Program-made: the position numbers and the translations under genes
Notes under the pieces: model-generated
What the model saw: only the letters and a program-made list of their open reading frames with translations
Database searches by the model: none
Told to the model about the DNA's origin: nothing
Shown here: positions 10,476-20,699 of the stretch, piece by piece
How positions within the stretch are numbered: position 1 is the first letter of the stretch
Layout: the number at the start of each line of letters is the position of its first letter
Source: an uncultured delta proteobacterium
GTDB lineage: Bacteria; Desulfobacterota; Desulfobacteria; Desulfobacterales; Desulfatirhabdiaceae
DNA length: 64,000 nt
Direction: 5' to 3'
Assembly: GCA_963789395.1 (NCBI GenBank)
Contig: CAWBKP010000013.1
Location: 128,001-192,000 of the forward strand

Positions 10476-11108
10476 TTGTCTTTTTTATATATTGCATTAG
10501 GCTTGGTTTCATTTTTGGCCCTGGTGGCGATTGTCTGGAGGCTTTTTTCGATCCGCATATCCATTCCTTGTCCTGCATGGTTGGGCTGGCTTGTTGAACT
10601 TGATAACCCTTTTTTTCGAAACAACAGGGCTGATGTAATTATTGAGCATTTGGCGCTTCAGCCAGGGATGAAAGTATTGGATTTTGGCTGTGGTCCAGGC
10701 AGGCTGACGATTCCGCTGGCAAAAAGGGTTGGTCCGGCAGGCGAAGTAACAGCCCTTGATGTACAACCCGGCATGTTACAAAAAGTCAGGGCAAGACGTG
10801 AGACCGAAAAACTTGGCAACATTAAGCTTTTGCAGGCGCATTCAGGGGAAGGAAAGCTTGAGCGTAACCACTATGACCGTGTTCTGCTGGTTACTGTGCT
10901 CGGAGAAATCCCCGCTAAGGGCTCAGCACTGGAGGAAATATTTGGCAGTTTGAAGCAACATGGCATTCTTTCCGTAACTGAGGTAATTGCTGACCCTCAC
11001 TTTATGCGGTGTCGGACTGTAAGACAACTGGCCATTTCTGCCGGTTTTAAAGAGAAGGGCTTTTATGGCAACAAGGTTTCTTTCACAATGAACTTTGAAA
11101 AACTGTGA
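10476..11108 (+). CDS. Class I SAM-dependent methyltransferase with N-terminal TM helix
   Basis: VLDFGCGPG motif I, ALDVQ, LVTVLGE. Confidence 0.88.
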   Translation: MSFLYIALGLVSFLALVAIVWRLFSIRISIPCPAWLGWLVELDNPFFRNNRADVIIEHLALQPGMKVLDFGCGPGRLTIPLAKRVGPAGEVTALDVQPGMLQKVRARRETEKLGNIKLLQAHSGEGKLERNHYDRVLLVTVLGEIPAKGSALEEIFGSLKQHGILSVTEVIADPHFMRCRTVRQLAISAGFKEKGFYGNKVSFTMNFEKL

Positions 11109-11200
11109 CGCGTCCAACAAACGGCTGGCCCAAACATGCCGTCGCATGTACGGGCAACCGAATATCGATGATGAGGATGAATTTTCTAAGGAGCAGGCCC

Positions 11201-11908
11201 ATGGATAGCGGCTTACACATACCGGCAGAATATGACAAAAAGGGCGGGATCAGCCTGCCCAAAGTGCTGTTGATCGTACTGGTCACCATCCTGGTGACGC
11301 TTGGTTGCAGCTACTGGTTTTTGAAGACCTACGTGTTCGCCCGCGATTTCAAACCGGTTGAACTCAGTGCGAAAGAACAACAGGTGCTTGACAGCAAGCT
11401 GCGAATGCTGGGTTATCAGCCTGAAAGCGGCCGAACCGAGTCTGCCCGGCCGTCTCCCGGGGAGTTCGATGCGCGCGGCGTGCTCAAGCCGGAACGCTAT
11501 AGCGAGGCGGGTGCAAAACGCGAGGTCAGTTTCAACGAACGCGAGCTGAACGCTCTCCTGGCGCATAACACCGATCTGGCGCGCAAACTCGCCATCGACC
11601 TGTCAGAGGATCTGGTCAGCGTCAAGCTGCTCGTGCCCATGGAGCCGGACTTTCCGGTGCTGGGCGGCAAAACCCTGCGTTTCAACGCCGGTGTTGCTAT
11701 GGCCTACCAGGGCGGCAGACCGTCAGTGATGTTGAAGGGAGTCAGCATTATGGGCGTGCCGGTGCCCAATGCCTGGCTGGGCGGCCTGAAAAATATCGAT
11801 CTGGTGGCGGAAACCGGCGGCGGGACGGGATTCTGGAAAACTTTTTCCGAAGGTGTCGAGGATATCCGCGTTGAGGATGGCCGCATCAAGATAAAGTTGA
11901 AGGAATAA
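11201..11908 (+). CDS. Hypothetical single-pass membrane protein
   Basis: Long ORF with AAGGAG RBS before ATG 11201 and an N-terminal hydrophobic helix. No function recognised. Confidence 0.75.
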   Translation: MDSGLHIPAEYDKKGGISLPKVLLIVLVTILVTLGCSYWFLKTYVFARDFKPVELSAKEQQVLDSKLRMLGYQPESGRTESARPSPGEFDARGVLKPERYSEAGAKREVSFNERELNALLAHNTDLARKLAIDLSEDLVSVKLLVPMEPDFPVLGGKTLRFNAGVAMAYQGGRPSVMLKGVSIMGVPVPNAWLGGLKNIDLVAETGGGTGFWKTFSEGVEDIRVEDGRIKIKLKE

Positions 11909-12018
11909 GAAAGGGAAGGCAAGCCCGGATCAACACCATCTGGTCTATCAACAGATCAACGCAACCTTGCTGCTTCGAACGAGGGCCCGTCATACGGGAT
12001 TTTGGTTGGCATGGAGCC

Positions 12019-13368
12019 ATGGATAAAAAAACGAAACGTACCCTTGAAGAAATTTTCATGGCCGGCGTCAACGCGGTGGATCCCGAAGAGGCGATCCGGC
12101 GTCACGTTCAATTGACGGGAGATCATCTCAAAGTCGGTGAGCATGTGTACCCCCTTGCCGCCTTCGAGAGGATTATCGTGACCGGGTTCGGAAAAGGAAC
12201 CGCACCCATGGCCAGGGCCCTCGAGCATATCCTGGGTGATTGCCTTACGGAGGGCTGGATTACCGTTAAGTACGGTCATGGACTTCCATTGAACAAAGTT
12301 CGTGTGATGGAAGCAGGTCACCCCATACCGGATCAGGCCGGATTGCAGGCCACACGATTTCTCCTGGATCGTCTAAAGGGGTGCACGGAAAAAGATCTTG
12401 TCCTGTGCGCATTTTCAGGTGGGGGCAGCGCCCTTTCTCCCGCCCCCCGGGCACCACTCAAACTGGAAGAAAAACAAAAGACGACTCAGCTTCTTCTGAA
12501 TTGCGGTGCGACGATTTTCGAGCTCAACGCCATCCGCAAACACCTGTCCCGCTGCAAGGGGGGCCAACTGGCCCGAATAGCATTTCCAGCCACACTTGTT
12601 TCCCTGTATTTATCGGATGTGGTGGGTGACCCCCTTGATGTCATCGCATCGGGTCCCACGGTTGCCGATCCGAGTACTTTTTCCGATTGCATCCGTATTG
12701 TTGATCGGTACGGTCTTTTCGAAAAATTGCCTCCTGCGGTGCTCAAGCTGCTGCAAGACGGTGCCCAAGGGTTGATTGAGGATACTCCCAAAGCTGAAGA
12801 TGTTGTTTTCAAGGCTGCCCAGAACCTGGTTGTCGGGAGCAATCGCGCAGCGCTTCTTGCCGCTGCGCGCAAGGCAGAGCAACTCGGTTACAACACCCTT
12901 GTTCTCTCCTCCTTTGTTGAGGGGGAGGCCCGGGAGATCGCCCGAACCTTTACTGCAATCGGAAAAGAGATCGTGATGTCGGGACATCCCATCCAGCCAC
13001 CCGCATGTATTCTGGCGGGAGGCGAGAGCACGGTTACCATTCGGGGCAACGGGAAGGGAGGTCGGAACCAGGAACTGGCCCTTGCTGCGGCTCAGGCAAT
13101 GGACGGGTGGTCGCAGATGGCCCTTCTTAGTGCGGGAACCGATGGAACGGACGGACCTACGGATGCGGCCGGGGCGTTTGTCGATGGTCATACCTGTATA
13201 GATGCGCTCCGCATGGGAAACGATCCCGAAAAGTACCTCCTGGAGAATAACGCATATCATTTTTTCAACCAATTGGACGATCTCTTCATAACCGGTCCGA
13301 CCCGCACGAATGTCATGGACGTTATCTGTCTGCTGGTCAGCCGCTCTCCTATCGGGATATCACCTTAG
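12019..13368 (+). CDS. Glycerate kinase type 2 / MOFRL family (TtuD-like)
   Basis: GFGKG, EAGHPIPD, SGGGSAL, SDVVGD, GGRNQE, GTDGTDGPTDAAG, TGPTRTNVMD. Confidence 0.93.
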   Translation: MDKKTKRTLEEIFMAGVNAVDPEEAIRRHVQLTGDHLKVGEHVYPLAAFERIIVTGFGKGTAPMARALEHILGDCLTEGWITVKYGHGLPLNKVRVMEAGHPIPDQAGLQATRFLLDRLKGCTEKDLVLCAFSGGGSALSPAPRAPLKLEEKQKTTQLLLNCGATIFELNAIRKHLSRCKGGQLARIAFPATLVSLYLSDVVGDPLDVIASGPTVADPSTFSDCIRIVDRYGLFEKLPPAVLKLLQDGAQGLIEDTPKAEDVVFKAAQNLVVGSNRAALLAAARKAEQLGYNTLVLSSFVEGEAREIARTFTAIGKEIVMSGHPIQPPACILAGGESTVTIRGNGKGGRNQELALAAAQAMDGWSQMALLSAGTDGTDGPTDAAGAFVDGHTCIDALRMGNDPEKYLLENNAYHFFNQLDDLFITGPTRTNVMDVICLLVSRSPIGISP

Positions 13369-13429
13369 GCCCTTGACCTGTTTATCTCGACATGACTCGT
13401 TGCAGAGATTCCAGCAATGCTCTTTTTCC

Positions 13430-13470
13430 TTGACACGTAGTTACAATATGGCTATATCGTAACTATATTG
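13430..13470 (+). promoter_or_regulatory. Probable sigma70 promoter of the bam operon overlapped by a palindromic operator
   Basis: TTGACA at 13430-13435 and TATATC 17 bp later (imperfect -10). Palindrome TAGTTACAATAT-ggct-ATATCGTAACTA at 13438-13465 (11/12 match). Confidence 0.55.
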
Positions 13471-13678
13471 TTCCAAGGTTTAATAGAATGGGCGCTGAAT
13501 ATGCTCAGCGCCTATGATATCGATTTTGATGAATAAAACAGCTTCAGCAACTTAAGCGATTCCAACCTTCTCCCGACGGGTGAAGGCCGTTTGATATCAA
13601 TTGCCTGCAACCCATCATTAATCAACAGAAAACCGAAAAGCATGCCACGGATTCAGGTAATATAGAAGGGGACAACAC

Positions 13679-15673
13679 ATGAGGTACGCAGAGACAGGGT
13701 TTAATTTGGAAGTGGATCTGACCCGCGGAAACATCGAGAGGGTGGCAACCGACCCCAAAGACACCGAGCTTTATCTGGGGGGACTGGGCACGAACGCCAA
13801 GATCATTTGGGACAGGGTTCCTCCTGAAGTTGAACCCTTTTCTCCGGACAATCTCCTCATATTCGGCGCCGGTCTGTTATGCGGCACACCGGCTACCGGC
13901 TGCAACCGCACGATTGTTACCACCATTTCTCCCCAGACCCAATTGATGGCATTTTCGATGATGGGGGGGTTTTTTGCCCCGGAATTGAAGTATGCCGGTT
14001 ATGACAAGGTGATCTTTCGCGGCAAATCCCCGGAGCTGGTGTATTTGTGGATAAACAATGACAAAGTGGAAATACGGGATGCCTCCCATTTGAAGGGCAA
14101 GGGGGCTGTTGAAACCGCGGAAATTATCAAAAAGGAGTTGAAGGAGCCCAAAGCCCAGGTGGCGGCCATCGGTTTGGCAGGTGAAAGCAGGGTCTTTTTT
14201 GCGTCCATCGAGCAGGGAAGATCCAGTGCCAGCCGGGGCGGATTGGGTGCGGTTATGGGCGACAAAGGCTTAAAGGCGATCGTTGTTCGCGGAACAAAGG
14301 ACATCAATCTTGCCCGGCCTGCTGAATTTATGGGGCTTTGCAACGAAGTCCTGGAATACATCAAATTCCGGAACGATAATCCGATTCCGGGTGTCATGCC
14401 CATTTTGGCCGGGCTCGGGTCACCGCAGGAGATGAAAGTCCATGATGAGAAGTGGCACACCGAAAATTTCATGTGGGGAAATTCCCGTACCCGCAGAAAA
14501 GATTTCTGGAGCCAAGAAATCGCAACGGAGTGGATGAATACCCTGGACAGTATGCGCAAGCGGCTGGTCAGTTGCTATAACTGCCCGATGACATGCGGCG
14601 CAACGATTCAGCCGCCGGGTCATCCCACCTACATGATGAAATGCTTTACGAAACTGACCTATACCATGGCGGCCATGTCGGACCTGGACTTCGGTTTAAA
14701 AATCGCGCAGCGTGCAACGGAATACGGCGTGGATGGATTCTCGGCCCCGCAGGTAATGGCGTTTGCCCTTGAACTTTATGAAAACGGCATATTAACGGAT
14801 GATGACTTTCCGGGAATGCCCGCCGACAGCGAGGGAAGATTTTACTGGCTGCTGGACAGAATCGTCCGGCGTGAAGGAATCGGCGATATTCTGGCCAATG
14901 GCACATATTGGGCGGCCAAAGAGATCGGTAAGGGCGCGGAAGCCTATGCGCACAATAATATCAAGAAACACGAGCAGCTGCCGCTCAAGCTGTCCATGCT
15001 GAATCCCATTTATTTTCTTATGTATTGTACGGGAGAAAAAATCAACATTACCCAGATTGAAGGGCAGTTCCCCCAGGCGCCTTTCCTGACGAGAGAGGAA
15101 AGAGAAGAATTTGTTAAGGATTGGTTCCAGGTGCCGGATGAAAAATTCAAGCAGTATTTTCTGGACTGGGAACTGCGCGGAGAAAAGTCCCTGCCCTTGT
15201 ACCCAACGGTTCAAATGTGTTGCGACATAGTAGACTGGCAGGAGCGGATGCACTACATTGATGATGCCCTCGGCATGTGCGCCGGGCTGTCTTCATTTCC
15301 CTTAAAACCGCCGTATCATATTCACAATTACCCGAAATTCATCTCATCAGGGGCGGGAATCGATATGGATGAAGACAAACTCACGCAGGCAACCAAGCGG
15401 TACCGGACGTTGGTCAGGGCCAACAATATCAGAAGGGGCATGCGCAGAAAAGACGAGAAGCCGCCGGAAGACCATTGGAAGAAAAGATTCCCCGAGCTTG
15501 AGAAGGAACTCCTGGATACGTATTACAAATTTAAAGGGTGGAATGATCAGGGTATTCCGACGAAAGCGTCCTTACATGAAATGGGTTTGGATTTTGTAAG
15601 GGAAGACTTTGAGAAGCGGGGGATTTTGACGGAGAGCGAAGAGGCTCCCACCGAAGAGACTCAGTCGAGATAA
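13679..15673 (+). CDS. bamB: Class II benzoyl-CoA reductase, tungstopterin active-site subunit (AOR family)
   Basis: MRYAETG..LEVDLT N-terminus. By codon count Glu251, His255, Glu257, His260 (QEMKVHDEKWH) and Cys322 (MMKCF) fall at the active-site positions I recall for Geobacter BamB. Followed by bamC-I. Confidence 0.95.
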   Translation: MRYAETGFNLEVDLTRGNIERVATDPKDTELYLGGLGTNAKIIWDRVPPEVEPFSPDNLLIFGAGLLCGTPATGCNRTIVTTISPQTQLMAFSMMGGFFAPELKYAGYDKVIFRGKSPELVYLWINNDKVEIRDASHLKGKGAVETAEIIKKELKEPKAQVAAIGLAGESRVFFASIEQGRSSASRGGLGAVMGDKGLKAIVVRGTKDINLARPAEFMGLCNEVLEYIKFRNDNPIPGVMPILAGLGSPQEMKVHDEKWHTENFMWGNSRTRRKDFWSQEIATEWMNTLDSMRKRLVSCYNCPMTCGATIQPPGHPTYMMKCFTKLTYTMAAMSDLDFGLKIAQRATEYGVDGFSAPQVMAFALELYENGILTDDDFPGMPADSEGRFYWLLDRIVRREGIGDILANGTYWAAKEIGKGAEAYAHNNIKKHEQLPLKLSMLNPIYFLMYCTGEKINITQIEGQFPQAPFLTREEREEFVKDWFQVPDEKFKQYFLDWELRGEKSLPLYPTVQMCCDIVDWQERMHYIDDALGMCAGLSSFPLKPPYHIHNYPKFISSGAGIDMDEDKLTQATKRYRTLVRANNIRRGMRRKDEKPPEDHWKKRFPELEKELLDTYYKFKGWNDQGIPTKASLHEMGLDFVREDFEKRGILTESEEAPTEETQSR

Positions 15674-15700
15674 GAAAAGGAATTGAGAGAAGGAGAGGTG

Positions 15701-16243
15701 ATGACCGTGAAGGCTGAGAAAAAAAAGAAAATAATTAAGACCATAAAAATCAATGTCGATAAGTGCAACGGTTGCCGGGCATGCGAAATGATATGCTCCG
15801 CCTTTCACGCCGAGCCCAAATACAGCAGCAACAATCCGGCCAGATCCCGTATCCGGGTAATCCGTGAACCGCTCAGTGACATATATGTTCCGGTATACGC
15901 CGGGGAGTATGCGGTGGCCGAATGTGCCGGCAGAGACAAATACATGATTGATGGAAAGGAATACGAAGAGTGTGCATTCTGCAGGGCTTCCTGTCCATCC
16001 AGAAGCGAGTTCAAGGAACCCGATTCCGGCCTGCCTTTAAAATGCGATATGTGTGAAGGCGAAGAAGAGCCTTTGTGCGTGAAGTGGTGCACAGTTGATG
16101 CCCTGACTGTCGAAGAAAGGGAAGAGGAAGTAGAGGAAGAGGTGAAGATGGAGGACGTTGAGATCGGACTGGCATCAATGATAGACAAATATGGACTGCA
16201 GAAGGTAATGGACTCCGTTGCCCGAATGTCAAAGAAGGATTAA
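15701..16243 (+). CDS. bamC: Class II BCR Fe-S electron-transfer subunit
   Basis: CNGCRACEMIC, CAFCRASC, KCDMC...PLCVKWC. Directly follows bamB. Confidence 0.92.
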   Translation: MTVKAEKKKKIIKTIKINVDKCNGCRACEMICSAFHAEPKYSSNNPARSRIRVIREPLSDIYVPVYAGEYAVAECAGRDKYMIDGKEYEECAFCRASCPSRSEFKEPDSGLPLKCDMCEGEEEPLCVKWCTVDALTVEEREEEVEEEVKMEDVEIGLASMIDKYGLQKVMDSVARMSKKD

Positions 16244-16278
16244 ATCATCACTTCGAAATAAGAGGATTAATAAAGGCA

Positions 16279-17430
16279 GTGGAAACAGTCGCCCCCTTTA
16301 AAGAGGTAATAGAAGAGATAAAAGAAGCCGGTGGAGAAGCCTTCAAATATTGCTTCCAGTGCGGTTTGTGCGATACGGTTTGCCCGTGGAACCGGGTCAG
16401 ACAATTCAGTATTCGCAAAATAATCCGGCAGGCCACGTTCGGCTTGACCGAGATAGAAGGCGAAGATATTTGGCTTTGCACGACCTGCGGAAGATGCCCT
16501 CAGCGCTGTCCCAGAGGTGTCAAACAAATCGAAGTCGGGGTATCCCTGAGGCGGCTTGCCTCGAATTACGAGGTTTTCCCCGCATCCGTCCGTTCCGCCC
16601 GTACCGCAAGAGCCAGCCTCATTTCCGAAGGCAACCCCCTGCAGTTTGAACGAAACAAGCGGGCGGACTGGGCCAAGGATCTGTCTGTGAAAACGTTCGC
16701 CGAGGGGATGGAAGCACTCTATTTTGTCGGCTGTTACCTCAGCTTTGACCCCAGAATGAAAAAGGTCGCCACCGCCACGGCCAATATCCTTAAGAAAGCA
16801 GGGGTGAATTTCGGGATACTGGGCTCCAAGGAAAACTGCTGCGGGGAAAGCATCCGAAAGACGGGCAGCGAGGACGTATTCAAAAGCCTGGCCAGGGAAA
16901 ACATCAAGACGTTTATCGACAATGGGGTGAAGAAAATCATCGTTTCTTCGCCGCATTGCTATCACACCTTCAAAAACGAATATCCCGAATTCATGGTAAA
17001 CTTCGAGGTGGTTTTTATCTCCCAGTATTTATTTGAGTTGATTCATGCGGGAAGGCTTGAGATCACCAAGGCGTATGAAAAGAAAGTGGCGTATCATGAT
17101 CCCTGTTACCTGGGTCGTCATAACGACATCTACGACGAACCCCGGGACGTCTTAAAGAAAATACCCGGTCTGGAACTGATCGAGATGGCGGATTCTCGCA
17201 AGGATAGCCTCTGCTGCGGCGGGGGAGGCGGCAGGATCTGGATGGACACGCCAAAGAATGAACGGTTCTCGGATCTCAGAATCGAACAGGCCAATGCGGT
17301 CGGCGCCCAGGTGCTTGCTACTTCCTGCCCGTACTGCATCACCAATTTCGAGGAGAGCAGGTTAAACCTGGAGTATGGTGACGTCCTGGAGATTAAGGAC
17401 ATCACGGAAATAATCCAGGAAGTGATTTGA
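16279..17430 (+). CDS. bamD: Class II BCR HdrD/HdrBC-like subunit (two ferredoxin motifs plus CCG domains)
   Basis: CFQCGLCDTVCP, CTTCGRCPQRCP, ENCCG, YHDPCYLGR, LCCGGGGG, TSCPYC. Confidence 0.9.
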   Translation: METVAPFKEVIEEIKEAGGEAFKYCFQCGLCDTVCPWNRVRQFSIRKIIRQATFGLTEIEGEDIWLCTTCGRCPQRCPRGVKQIEVGVSLRRLASNYEVFPASVRSARTARASLISEGNPLQFERNKRADWAKDLSVKTFAEGMEALYFVGCYLSFDPRMKKVATATANILKKAGVNFGILGSKENCCGESIRKTGSEDVFKSLARENIKTFIDNGVKKIIVSSPHCYHTFKNEYPEFMVNFEVVFISQYLFELIHAGRLEITKAYEKKVAYHDPCYLGRHNDIYDEPRDVLKKIPGLELIEMADSRKDSLCCGGGGGRIWMDTPKNERFSDLRIEQANAVGAQVLATSCPYCITNFEESRLNLEYGDVLEIKDITEIIQEVI

Positions 17431-17510
17431 AAAATAGTTTCAAGTGTTCGGTATCAAGCGCTTATATTAACGCCTGAAACCGATTGCACATACGGATGAG
17501 GTGATAGAAA

Positions 17511-20500
17511 ATGGAAAACGAAGTATTGCCAACAGAAGTCATTCAACAATTTTCCGCAACTCTTGGAGACAGTAATTTTGGCGATGTCATGGTTGTCGGT
17601 GGGGGCGTCAGCGGTATCCAGGCCTCTCTGGATCTTGCTACGGCCGGTTTCAAGGTTTACCTGGTTGAACAATCGCCGAGCATCGGCGGGCATATGGCCC
17701 AGCTGGACAAGACATTTCCGACCAATGACTGTTCCATGTGAATACTTTCACCCAAACTGGTCGAGGTCGGCCGGCATCCGAACATAGAAGTTCTGACATT
17801 TACCGAAGTTGACAGCGTGGAAGGCGAGGCGGGAGATTTCAAGGTAATCCTGACCAAAAAGCCCAGGTATATTATTGAGGAAAAGTGCACGGGGTGTACG
17901 ACCTGTGTAAAATACTGTCCGGTCCAGTATCCCGATCCGTTTAATCAAGAGCTCTCGCAGAATAAAGCGGTTCATGTGTATTTTTCCCAGGCGATTCCCC
18001 TTGTCGCGTATATTGATGAAAGCTGTCTTTACCTGAAAGAGAAGAAATGCCTTATTTGTGAAGCTGTCTGCAAAACAGGCGCCATTGATTTAAAACAAAC
18101 GAAAAAGAAGATGGAAGTCAATGTCGGGGCCATTATACTGTCTGCCGGTATCGAGCCGTATGATCCCAGGGTCAAAGATGAATTCGGCTATGGAAAGATG
18201 CAGAATGTGGTAACCAGTATGGATTATGAACGGCTGCTGTCCTCCACCGGGCCATACGGCGGTGTGGTGCTGCGGACTTCCAACAAGGCGCATCCCAAAA
18301 AACTGGCATGGATTCAATGTGTGGGCTCCAGGCGGGTTACCCCCGGTGACAACAGCTATTGTTCCGGCGTTTGCTGCACCTATACCCAGAAACAGGTGAT
18401 TTTGACAAAAGATCATGACGCGTCCGCGGAGTGTACGATATTTCATAACGATATCCGGTCATTCGGCAAGGATTTTGAGCGGTACTACCAAAGGGCGGAA
18501 AAACTTCCCGGAGTCCGGTTTATCAGAAGCTACGCCGCCATCGACCGGGAAATCCCGGAAAGCAAGAATGTGGTTGTCAGATACGCGACTGCCGACGATG
18601 GCGTTAAAGAAGAAGAATTCGATATGGTGGTATTATCCGTTGGTCTGAACCCACCCCTTAAATATAAGGGGCTGGCGGATAAGTTCGGAATTGATCTCAA
18701 TTCACACGGATTCAGCAAGGCGATTTCTTCCAATCCCATAGAGACGAACCGTCCGGGGATTTTTGTCAGCGGCGGCTTCCAGGGGCCTACGGATATCCCG
18801 GAGTCGGTGTTTACCGCCAGCGGAGCCGGTGCCCGGTGCGGCGAGCTGCTTGACTACCGGCGCGGAAATCTGGCCAAGGAAAGAATCTATCCGCCGGAAA
18901 GGGATGTTTCCGGGGAAGAGCCGAGAATCGGCGTCTTTGTGTGTCATTGCGGAGCCAATATATCAAGTGTTGTCAATGTTCCGTCTGCGGTCGAATATGC
19001 CCTGACCCTGCCGGGTGTCGTCTACGCTCAGGAACAGCTGTTTTCATGCGCGACAAATTCCGCCAAGCAAATAACCGACCTGGCAAAGGAAAAAGGGCTC
19101 AATCGCGTGGTGATCGCAGCCTGTTCCCCCAGGACGCTGGAGCCGTTATTCCGGGACACCCTCCGGGAGGCGGGGTTGAATCAATATTACTGCGAGATGG
19201 CCAATATCAGGGAGCATTGCTCCTGGGTCCATTCCAAGCAAAAAGAAGAGGCCACGGTAAAGGCGAAGGACATCATCCGGATGTCGGTGGCACGTACCCG
19301 GCATTTGGAGCCATTGCAGGAATTTGATCTGCCGGTGAACAAGACGGCGCTGGTTGTTGGCGGCGGTATTGCCGGCATGACCTGCGCCCTCTCTCTTGCC
19401 AGCCAGGGCCATGAGGTTCACCTGGTGGAAAAGGAGAAAGAACTGGGGGGGATGGCCCGAAGGATACACACCACCCTTGAAGGTTTGGATGTGCAATCCT
19501 ATTTGAAGGATGTGATCCGGGCGGTTTACAAGAACCCCCTGATCCACGTATCCCATGACGCTACCATCACGGACGTTTCCGGTTATGTGGGAAATTTCAT
19601 CACCACGGTGGAAGCCGAAGGCGCTGTCAAAAAGATAAAACATGGGGCATCCGTCATTGCGATCGGTGCGGATGTTTATCAACCCGTCGAATACCTTTAT
19701 GGCGAAAACGACCGGGTTTTCACCCACCTTGAGCTGGGGGAGCAGATCGCCAGGGGAGAAGAAAAAGTCATTCAGGCCGAAAGTCTGGTGATGATCCAGT
19801 GCGTGGGCTGCAGAAACGCGGACAGAAATTACTGCAGCAGGGTCTGCTGCAGCCATGCTGTAAAAAACGCCTTGAAACTGAAAGAAATAAACCCCGAGAT
19901 GGATATCCACATACTTTTTCGGGATATGAGAACGTACGGGTTCAGAGAGGATGCTTACCGGGAAGCATCGGAGAAACATGTGAAGTTCATCCGGTATGAA
20001 CCGGAGGACAGCCCCCAGGTGCAAGCCGTGACAGAAGGGGGAAGGTCTTTTCTGAGAGTGACCGTTCCGGATGCCATTTTGGGTCAGCGCCTTGAACTGG
20101 ACGCCGATATCCTCTCGCTGGCCGCAGCGGTCATTCCGTCTGCTTCGACCCGGGAAATTGCCGGGTTGTTCAAGGTGACGCTGAGCCCGGATGATTTCTT
20201 CAAGGAAGCCCATGTCAAACTGAAACCCGTCGAGTTTGCCACGGATGGCGTTTTCCTGTGTGGCATCGCACATTATCCCAAGCATATACCCGAGGCGATC
20301 AACCAGGCTTATGGCGCTGCCGGCCGGGTCATGACGCTTCTGTCAAAAGACACGGTCATTGCATCGGGTTCTGTTTGCGAGGTAACAGAGAGTGATTGCG
20401 TATCGTGCGGGGCATGTATTACGGCCTGCACGTATGGTGCAATCGATTTTATTGAAACGGAAAACGGCAGAAAGGCCTGGGTCAATCCCGTCCTCTGCAA

Positions 20501-20639
20501 GGGAGACGGGCTCTGTAACGCCAAATGCCCCACAAATGCGATTTATCTGAAGCATTTTAACAATGACGAGCTCTGCAGTCAGATTGACGCTGCGATTACG
20601 GAAGAAGAAATCATCCGGCAAATTGATGCGGCGGGGTAA
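17511..20639 (+). CDS. bamE: Class II BCR HdrA-like flavoprotein, selenoprotein (Sec at UGA 17739-17741), 1042 aa
   Basis: ORFs 17511-17741 and 17817-20639 share one frame, joined through [29 protein letters not shown] where HdrA has a conserved Cys. Two GGG..G FAD motifs and several Fe-S motifs. Confidence 0.93.
17757..17774 (+). promoter_or_regulatory. Putative bacterial SECIS element for bamE
   Basis: Hairpin CTGGTCG-AGGT-CGGCCGG (7 bp including G-U pairs) with a G-containing loop about 23 nt after the UGA. Confidence 0.65.
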
Positions 20640-20699
20640 GATGTGCGAAGGCATATGAATGAACAAAGCCGGGATTACTAACAAAGGAGGTAAGAACGG

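Noticed and set aside
13470..13678. Canonical Moco/Tuco riboswitch
   Set aside because: The consensus elements are not recognisable. Kept only as an unassigned structured leader.
17511..17741. Stand-alone 76-aa ORF, or bamE as a pseudogene
   Set aside because: It is the N-terminus of Sec-containing BamE, in the same frame as the downstream ORF.
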